Positions 24,301 through 29,930 of a DNA stretch of 29,930 bases are shown one piece after another. The number at the start of each line of letters is the position of its first letter. The stretch's first letter is position 1. The stretch is from a virus (taxonomy: Duplodnaviria > Caudoviricetes). The DNA is taken from IMG/VR virus record IMGVR_UViG_3300017761_000750, positions 1 through 29,930 of that record. One strand, written 5' to 3'. The position numbers and the translations under genes are program-made. The notes beneath the pieces were generated by a model. That model saw only the letters and a program-made list of their open reading frames with translations. It was not told where the DNA came from and searched no databases.

Positions 24301-25407
24301 TTAGCCTCCAAAAGCAACAACATTTTCAGCCCCAAAAAAAGGCTCGCTAAAACTTCCAGGAGGTGGAGCCATCGGGACCTGCCCTTGCCCAAATCCACCG
24401 TAGACGTTGCTAGCCCCATACTGCGCGACAGGCGCTATTGAGTTGCCATACATGCCAAGAGTGCCGCTGCCAAAACCTCCCCTGCGGATATCTTCGCCAT
24501 AACCCGACAGCAACCCACCCATCGGGCTTGAGCTATTTGCACGCTGAATTGCTTGAGCCGCCCCGATTCCGCCTTGGAATAGCGCATTGGCCCCCGTAGG
24601 ATTTGCAATACGCCCGCCCAAAGCCGATCCAAGAGTCAGTGGTTCCATGCCCAACTGCTCAACCTGCCCAGCAGCCCCTAGACCCGTCAGGAACGGCGCA
24701 TAGCTGCCCACAAGCCCTTGGTTGTAGTTGTTTAGTAGCCCAGCACCAGTGCCGAACAGACCCGCTCCAAACGCCGTCTGACGCTGCCCTTCCTGCATCC
24801 CCTGAGCCGCTAGAGCCGCATCCTGCTGCGCCAGTGCGTTGTAGTAGGCTTCCATTTCAGGGTTGGCTGCGCCCAAGCCAGCACCGCCACCGGGACGCAT
24901 GCCGGTCGCACCGACCGCCAGTCCGCCTCGACCGGTGTTGAACAGTTGGTTCTGGAGTTGGGCAAACTGCCGCTCACGCGACGGGGCAAGAAGGTTCTGT
25001 TGCTGCTGGATGTAGCGCGCTGCAACATCTTCCGGCGACTGAGCAACGTATTGACTGCCGAGATCAAAGAGGCGTTGCGCGCCGCCGGTTAGTGGGCCAT
25101 AGGCTCCTGGCGCGGCCTCGACACTGCCAAGCCCCTGACCAGCCGCGCCCATGAGGCGATCTTGGTAGGCGCGAAGTTGCGGATCGACCGTGTAGCCCGC
25201 GCTGTTGACTCGACCGTCCGGGCCGTATCCAAACTGGGAAGAACCAAATCGCGTGGTGACGCCAATGGGCCGAAAGCGGGCTTCTTCAGCGGCAATCCTT
25301 GCCGCATCGCGTTGAGCGTCGGCAGATGTTCTGGCGGCGTCTTCCATTGCGTTAGCCTGTTTTCTTGCGCCAGAGTAACCAAGAATCGGCCCGACAATTT
25401 CACCCAT
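24301..25407 (-). CDS. Putative ejection protein (P22 gp7-like position)
   Basis: GGAGG RBS, ATG at 25407; G/A/Q-rich, ARKQANAMEDAARTSADAQ. Confidence 0.72.
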   Translation of the reverse strand: MGEIVGPILGYSGARKQANAMEDAARTSADAQRDAARIAAEEARFRPIGVTTRFGSSQFGYGPDGRVNSAGYTVDPQLRAYQDRLMGAAGQGLGSVEAAPGAYGPLTGGAQRLFDLGSQYVAQSPEDVAARYIQQQQNLLAPSRERQFAQLQNQLFNTGRGGLAVGATGMRPGGGAGLGAANPEMEAYYNALAQQDAALAAQGMQEGQRQTAFGAGLFGTGAGLLNNYNQGLVGSYAPFLTGLGAAGQVEQLGMEPLTLGSALGGRIANPTGANALFQGGIGAAQAIQRANSSSPMGGLLSGYGEDIRRGGFGSGTLGMYGNSIAPVAQYGASNVYGGFGQGQVPMAPPPGSFSEPFFGAENVVAFGG

Positions 25408-25705
25408 GATCAACCTCCCAGATATACAGCTTGCGGATCACGCCATCCATGCAGACATGGTTTTCCGCAACTTCAAACCCGCAAATGACTGCCCATTTTT
25501 GCATCTTTTCGTTGTCTATGAATGGCATGGCAAACAGGACATCTTTCTGCTGACCAGCCCACTCATTCCAGTCCTTCGTGAACGCCTTCTTGATCGCCTG
25601 GCTCCACTTGAACACATCCATGTGAATGAAGCGCATTCCGCTCGCATGCTCCACATAGACGGTGTAATGCTCATGCTCAATGACGGGTGTTTTTGCGGAG
25701 GACAT
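25400..25705 (-). CDS. Small GNAT-like virion assembly protein (P22 gp14-like position)
   Basis: 101 aa, FIHMDV..W, NEKMQKWAVICGF; lies between the needle-like gene and the ejection genes. Confidence 0.55.
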   Translation of the reverse strand: MSSAKTPVIEHEHYTVYVEHASGMRFIHMDVFKWSQAIKKAFTKDWNEWAGQQKDVLFAMPFIDNEKMQKWAVICGFEVAENHVCMDGVIRKLYIWEVDHG

Positions 25706-25711
25706 AAATTG

Positions 25712-26410
25712 TTAAGCAGTTCGCTTCCACATGTACACGGTTATGTACGGCTGGTAATTAGCATTGGTTCCAGACGACCCTTCGGTGCTGTTTGAAACGC
25801 TAATGCCAGTCACCGCAGACGAAGTTGAGGTGACAGGGGTCAAACTAGATGTCGTTGTATTGGCCGCATTTCCACCTCCACCAACTGATGCCAATGGAAG
25901 AATGGTATGAGCATGGCCCGGATCAGTGACCGTAGCTGTGTGGGTGTGGCTAACAACAATTGCATTTGCAGAGCCGCCCGTTTCTTCGGCGGTATCAAAA
26001 AGTGCATTTCCAGCATCGAAACCAACAGGTACTAGACCGGCACCAAATGCGGCCCAAGTACCAAAACCAAGCAACGTGCCAGGGTTGGTGTTATTCGTAG
26101 CATTGATGTAGATCGACCCAATCGGATACAACAACTTTCCAAACTCAGTAGCAAGATTGGTTGCCGCCCCTGCTGCCGTAGAAGCGCCAGTTCCTCCATC
26201 AGTAATGGAAAGATCGTTAGTCAGCGCCAATGTCGGAATCGTCACCGTCCCGGTGAACGTCGGGCTGATGCTGTCAGCTTTGCTGGTAATCGCCGTAGCA
26301 ATGCTGTTGAACTCGGTATCAATTTCAGTACCGCGAACAACCTTGAGCGCATTGCCAGATGACAACGTATCTTTGGTAGCAAAGTTGGTTGCTTTGGTGT
26401 AGTTGCTCAT
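25712..26410 (-). CDS. Tail needle / short fibre with T4 gp10-like C-terminal domain
   Basis: MSNYTKATNF...IDTEFNSIATAI, YPIGSIYINA..NPGTLLGFGTW, HTH...HAH, QPYITVYMWKRTA. Confidence 0.75.
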   Translation of the reverse strand: MSNYTKATNFATKDTLSSGNALKVVRGTEIDTEFNSIATAITSKADSISPTFTGTVTIPTLALTNDLSITDGGTGASTAAGAATNLATEFGKLLYPIGSIYINATNNTNPGTLLGFGTWAAFGAGLVPVGFDAGNALFDTAEETGGSANAIVVSHTHTATVTDPGHAHTILPLASVGGGGNAANTTTSSLTPVTSTSSAVTGISVSNSTEGSSGTNANYQPYITVYMWKRTA

Positions 26411-28035
26411 ATGACGTTTCCGTCCTTGTACTGAACTTCAATCTTCTGAATCGAGATTGGCGAACCGTTGATGTTCGTCTCGTAACCGGTCTGCACGATC
26501 TTGCCTGCGCCGCTCGCCGGGACGCTCAGGTTCTGCAACGCGACACCAAGCGAATATTCGTTAATGCCATACTCTGCGATTCCATATTCGCTGATGCCTT
26601 GAACCGGAATCGAGATGTTCTGCGAGATGTAGTTGGCCTCAAAGTCAAAACCCCACTTGAACGTGAAGATTTGGTTTGAGCCGCCGACCACCACCGCAGA
26701 AATTCGCTTCAGGATGCTGGTCTGGTTGACTGCGCCCAAGTCCGCATGGTTGGTGTAATACTGCATCCGGTAAGGATCGCTGTTGTCCTGGTAGCCAGTG
26801 TACTTGGCAAGGTATCCAACTTTGCCAAGCAACAAGTCTCCGTTGCGCCGCGAGAGCAGCGCCGTAGGCTCAAGCGAGTTCCAAATCGTTGCACGCGCTG
26901 CGCCATTGGGAAGCATGGCCTTGTAGTCAAAACAGAACACCTGCTTGGCTACCGGCGCAGTCAGAAGGTAAAAACCTTCCTTCTCCGAGTAGACAGACTT
27001 GAGCGTTGCAAGGTTCTCGCCGTCAATGACTACCTGCAAGTCATTGCGGATGTTTTTGGACAAGTCGCGCTCAGGCGCAGACTTCTCTTGAATTGTCCGC
27101 ATCATCGAGCGCACGCCACTGTTGGACAGGAAGATCACATCCGAACTGGTGACTTGTACGCTGTCTCTGGCAACGCACCCGATACCACCCACAGTGTCGC
27201 TCAAAGTGATTGAGGCAGGCGTAGTTGCATTGGCGTACACCAACACCTGTCGCTTGCCAAAGATGAACAGGAAGCCGTTGTGCGCGGCTAGACCGGTGAT
27301 CTCATCTGCGCCACCAGGCCATACGCGGTCGATGTTCAACGATCCGGCAGTGCCGCCAGTCCAGATGTGCCCCGCCAGGATGTCGGAGAAGTACAGCGTG
27401 TTCTTGTCAGTGGCAGTATTTGCCACCCAGAGGCGACCATAGGCTGATATGACAATGTTTGCCTGCTGCACCGTGCCCGCGTATCCAGTCTTTTCAGACA
27501 CGCGCCGATAGGTCGTCGTGCTGACCGCCGGATCAAAGATCAGCGGGTCATGGCCCGTTTGGAAGAAGTACGTTATCCCGTTCAGGGAGGCGCACATCCA
27601 GTTGTTCGCCGTGATGGTCGGCGCAGTCCCGCCACCGCCATAGGTCAGGGTCGTCAAGACGTTTGACCCGTCCAGCTTGAACAGCAGGTTGTTGCCCGCC
27701 ACCAGAATGGTCAGCGTGCCATCGGCCTGCACAAGCTCATGGATAACGCCAATGGCGTTTGCGCTCAGTGCGTCTATGCCTGCCTCGGTCGCCATGAGAG
27801 ACGTTGAAGCGCCACTGTCTTCCAGCAGCACAAAATCTCCGTCCTCCAGCAACAGGTCAAAGGATGCGTTGACAATGCTCCAGCCCTTGCGCGAGCCTAT
27901 GCGACCGTACTGGTCGATGATGCAGTTGGTTGCAACCAGCGCAAAACCCGCCTGCAAGTCGAGCGGCGAGTCTTGGGTGTTCAGGCCAAAGAATCCTGGC
28001 GCACTGACCTGAGCGGTTGCGATAGGCGATGCCAT
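26407..28035 (-). CDS. Tail hub / nozzle protein (P22 gp10- or T7 gp12-like)
   Basis: 542 aa, beta-rich; GFFGLNTQDS, GRIGSRKGW, LYFSD, GIGCVARDSV; follows the adaptor gene. Confidence 0.75.
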   Translation of the reverse strand: MASPIATAQVSAPGFFGLNTQDSPLDLQAGFALVATNCIIDQYGRIGSRKGWSIVNASFDLLLEDGDFVLLEDSGASTSLMATEAGIDALSANAIGVIHELVQADGTLTILVAGNNLLFKLDGSNVLTTLTYGGGGTAPTITANNWMCASLNGITYFFQTGHDPLIFDPAVSTTTYRRVSEKTGYAGTVQQANIVISAYGRLWVANTATDKNTLYFSDILAGHIWTGGTAGSLNIDRVWPGGADEITGLAAHNGFLFIFGKRQVLVYANATTPASITLSDTVGGIGCVARDSVQVTSSDVIFLSNSGVRSMMRTIQEKSAPERDLSKNIRNDLQVVIDGENLATLKSVYSEKEGFYLLTAPVAKQVFCFDYKAMLPNGAARATIWNSLEPTALLSRRNGDLLLGKVGYLAKYTGYQDNSDPYRMQYYTNHADLGAVNQTSILKRISAVVVGGSNQIFTFKWGFDFEANYISQNISIPVQGISEYGIAEYGINEYSLGVALQNLSVPASGAGKIVQTGYETNINGSPISIQKIEVQYKDGNVI

Positions 28036-28037
28036 CG

Positions 28038-28694
28038 TCAGACGCTGATGAACATGCTGTTTTCGGGATACCGCGTGCTTTCCAGCGCGATGTAGTCAGA
28101 CAGCATCGTGCGGTACAACTGGTACGCCTCCGAACTGTTCAACCCGCCATCTTCACCGCGCTCGACAATAGCGCGAGCAAAGGCGTTCTGCTGGACAACC
28201 TCCTCCGGCACCAACACAACCGTCGAGTCGTTTGCAAGCAGCGCCTGGGGGATCACAAGGTTGAAGCGCAGCGTATAGGCGGCGTCAGGCACCGGATACA
28301 TGTCAACCTTGGTGTCGTAGTTCACATCGTAGCCGTTGTAGGTGTAATAGACGGGCGACGATTGTGATGCTGGCACGCCAGAGTTCAAATACTCTTGCAT
28401 TGCATCATAGGACAAGTTTCGCATTGGAAAATGTCCGAACGTGTTAATCACGCTCAGTTCGCGGAACTTCTGCCCAGATCCAACCAGCGAGTAGGACGAC
28501 ACGCTAGAAGCCGTGGTGACAATCACCGTCTGGCGCAGCACGTTCCAGTCAAAGGCGTCCTCAACCTGACGCTTGCCATCGTTGACAAACTTTCCGATCA
28601 GCATCGAGTAGTCGGTGTCTGACACCGAACCAACTTGCTGAACGCGGAGCCTTGCCAGTACGTCATTGACCATTTGCAGGTAAGTTGCGCTCAT
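28038..28694 (-). CDS. Head-tail adaptor (tail tubular protein A-like)
   Basis: TYLQMVNDVLARLR, VNDGKRQVEDAFDW, YPVPDAAY; 218 aa. Confidence 0.75.
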   Translation of the reverse strand: MSATYLQMVNDVLARLRVQQVGSVSDTDYSMLIGKFVNDGKRQVEDAFDWNVLRQTVIVTTASSVSSYSLVGSGQKFRELSVINTFGHFPMRNLSYDAMQEYLNSGVPASQSSPVYYTYNGYDVNYDTKVDMYPVPDAAYTLRFNLVIPQALLANDSTVVLVPEEVVQQNAFARAIVERGEDGGLNSSEAYQLYRTMLSDYIALESTRYPENSMFISV

Positions 28695-28718
28695 GCGCTA
28701 AAGCTCCGATCAGAAGGC

Positions 28719-29021
28719 TTATTTTGCTTTTGTTTTGTTCCTTGTGGAAATGGCTTTTGCCTTGGCCTTGGCGTCATCCTTACTAGATGCGCCCCAAGCG
28801 TTTAAAGATAGCAGCAGCCTTGTAGGCTTGCCCTCTTTGCGTTCCGGCCCTGCCATATTCCCCATTCTTGCCAAAAACGAGGCCCTGCGCGGGTTATCTC
28901 CGGACTTTACGGGGGCCTTGAGATCGCCGCCCGTTTCAGCATTATACGACGCCCGACCTTTGGCGTTCAATCCGCCAGCAGGGTTCTTGCCTTCTTTCCT
29001 GCTCCAAGCTGGTGTTTTCAC
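28719..29021 (-). CDS. Basic hypothetical protein (AWSRKEGKNPAGGLNAKGR...RRASFLARMG)
   Basis: 100 aa, GTG start overlapping the upstream stop; K/R-rich. Confidence 0.78.
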   Translation of the reverse strand: MKTPAWSRKEGKNPAGGLNAKGRASYNAETGGDLKAPVKSGDNPRRASFLARMGNMAGPERKEGKPTRLLLSLNAWGASSKDDAKAKAKAISTRNKTKAK

Positions 29022-29167
29022 TTCTTCGCCGTCTTAGGTGGCGTGTGAGCAAGGTTCCGGCTTTTGGCCGTATGCTTTGCGCCTGTCATTAAAACCTTGC
29101 CTGCTTTGTGAACCGGGCCTTTGTAAGCTTTGCCATTAGACAGATAGTGCGTGGCGGTTTTGCTCAT
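29018..29167 (-). CDS. Small basic protein (49 aa)
   Basis: Below the track cutoff. MSKTATHYLSNGKAYKGPVHKAGKVLMTGAKHTAKSRNLAHTPPKTAKK; coupled at both ends. Confidence 0.7.
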   Translation of the reverse strand: MSKTATHYLSNGKAYKGPVHKAGKVLMTGAKHTAKSRNLAHTPPKTAKK

Positions 29168-29322
29168 CACTTTGCCTTCTTGGCGGTCTTTGCAGATTGC
29201 TTGAACGCTGCCGCAGTCGGTGCGCCCTTGGCCCCAGGCTTACGCATACGCTCGCCCGATCCAGCCTTGATGCGCTCCTGCTTGGCGTTGATGTTGGCGT
29301 ACAGCCCCGGCTTAGTAGGCAC
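29167..29322 (-). CDS. Small basic protein (51 aa)
   Basis: Below the track cutoff. GTG start; (M)PTKPGLYANINAKQERIKAGSGERMRKPGAKGAPTAAAFKQSAKTAKKAK. Confidence 0.7.
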   Translation of the reverse strand: MPTKPGLYANINAKQERIKAGSGERMRKPGAKGAPTAAAFKQSAKTAKKAK

Positions 29323-29413
29323 TTTTCTTGCTCTTTGCAAGACACTTGCCAGCCGCCATGCACTTGCTAGGGGTCTTGCAGCCGGGGCACGGAACGAATT
29401 TCTTGGAAGCCAT
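29312..29413 (-). CDS. Tiny basic Cys-rich protein (33 aa)
   Basis: AAAGGA RBS; MASKKFVPCPGCKTPSKCMAAGKCLAKSKKSAY. Confidence 0.6.
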   Translation of the reverse strand: MASKKFVPCPGCKTPSKCMAAGKCLAKSKKSAY

Positions 29414-29426
29414 CAGACTAGATCCT

Positions 29427-29741
29427 TTAAGTCAACTCGGTGACAGAGACAGTGGAGGTCGTGATAGCCGCATCCTTGATGACGGCAATCTTTTGTCCGG
29501 GAAGAACTTTGATGTACTCGGTGTCGTTGACCGGCAGGATTGGGCTGGTCGTAAGGCTTGCAGTCGGGTTCGCCCCAATTGCGAAGTGGCAATGACCTTG
29601 AGCACATGCAAGCCGAATTATGGTGGTGTTTGCACCAAACGCAGTCGATTGCACGCTGGAAGTAGTGACGGTAAAGCACTGGGTGGTTCCAATGCCAATA
29701 ACAGCACCAACGCCATTGGGATCAGTATTGAACGTACTCAT
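29427..29741 (-). CDS. Putative virion structural / decoration protein
   Basis: 104 aa, Thr-rich, beta-type, in the late operon. Confidence 0.65.
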   Translation of the reverse strand: MSTFNTDPNGVGAVIGIGTTQCFTVTTSSVQSTAFGANTTIIRLACAQGHCHFAIGANPTASLTTSPILPVNDTEYIKVLPGQKIAVIKDAAITTSTVSVTELT

Positions 29742-29930
29742 CAGAAAACCTTTCTGGGCCTGCCGCGCTTGCGAATGATTGGCGCAAACGCAATGTCGTC
29801 GCGCATTGGTTCTGGTTCCTGCGGAACAGGCTCGCCAATTTCATCCAGCCTCACATAACCAGTATGACCTTTCATACTAGCGATGTCATGCGGGAGGGTG
29901 AAGGTCACCGTGTTCCCGCTTTGAAGGCAT
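29741..29930 (-). CDS. Hypothetical protein with C-terminal AT-hook-like motif (3' part; starts beyond the window)
   Basis: CLQSGNTVTFTLPHDIASMKGHTGYVRLDE...IRKRGRPRKVF; its stop overlaps the next ATG. Confidence 0.65.
   Translation of the reverse strand, partial: CLQSGNTVTFTLPHDIASMKGHTGYVRLDEIGEPVPQEPEPMRDDIAFAPIIRKRGRPRKVF

Overview
The window is most of the genome of a small tailed dsDNA phage with a P22/APSE-like podovirus layout, roughly 60% GC by eye; a proteobacterial host is likely but inferred. Left (minus strand): putative terminase small subunit, terminase large subunit and the 5' part of the portal. A ~1.1 kb mostly non-coding control region (3010-4150) holds two differently specified repeat/palindrome elements, a 9-bp tandem array, G/C tracts and a perfect DnaA box. 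The plus-strand early/middle arm (4157-18771) has three sigma70-type promoters, many small ORFs, Sak4-like ATPase, SSB, Cas4-like exonuclease, SF2 helicase, C5 DNA methyltransferase, VRR-NUC nuclease, RHH and TraR-like regulators, a repeat-bounded array of small genes and a primase-helicase. The minus-strand late arm (18768-29930) has tail adaptor/hub/needle, three ejection proteins, tail fibre, M15 endolysin and holin. No integrase, cI-type repressor, DNA/RNA polymerase, tRNA or CRISPR was seen. Most interesting signals: (1) a methyltransferase locus coded in two frames over almost its whole length, with a coupling mini-ORF; (2) a shared hairpin motif just downstream of all three early promoters; (3) a small-gene array of near-identical DNA blocks alternating with unrelated segments; (4) twin mirror-image origin-like elements. 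Product calls rest on motif recognition and gene order only; no searches were run.
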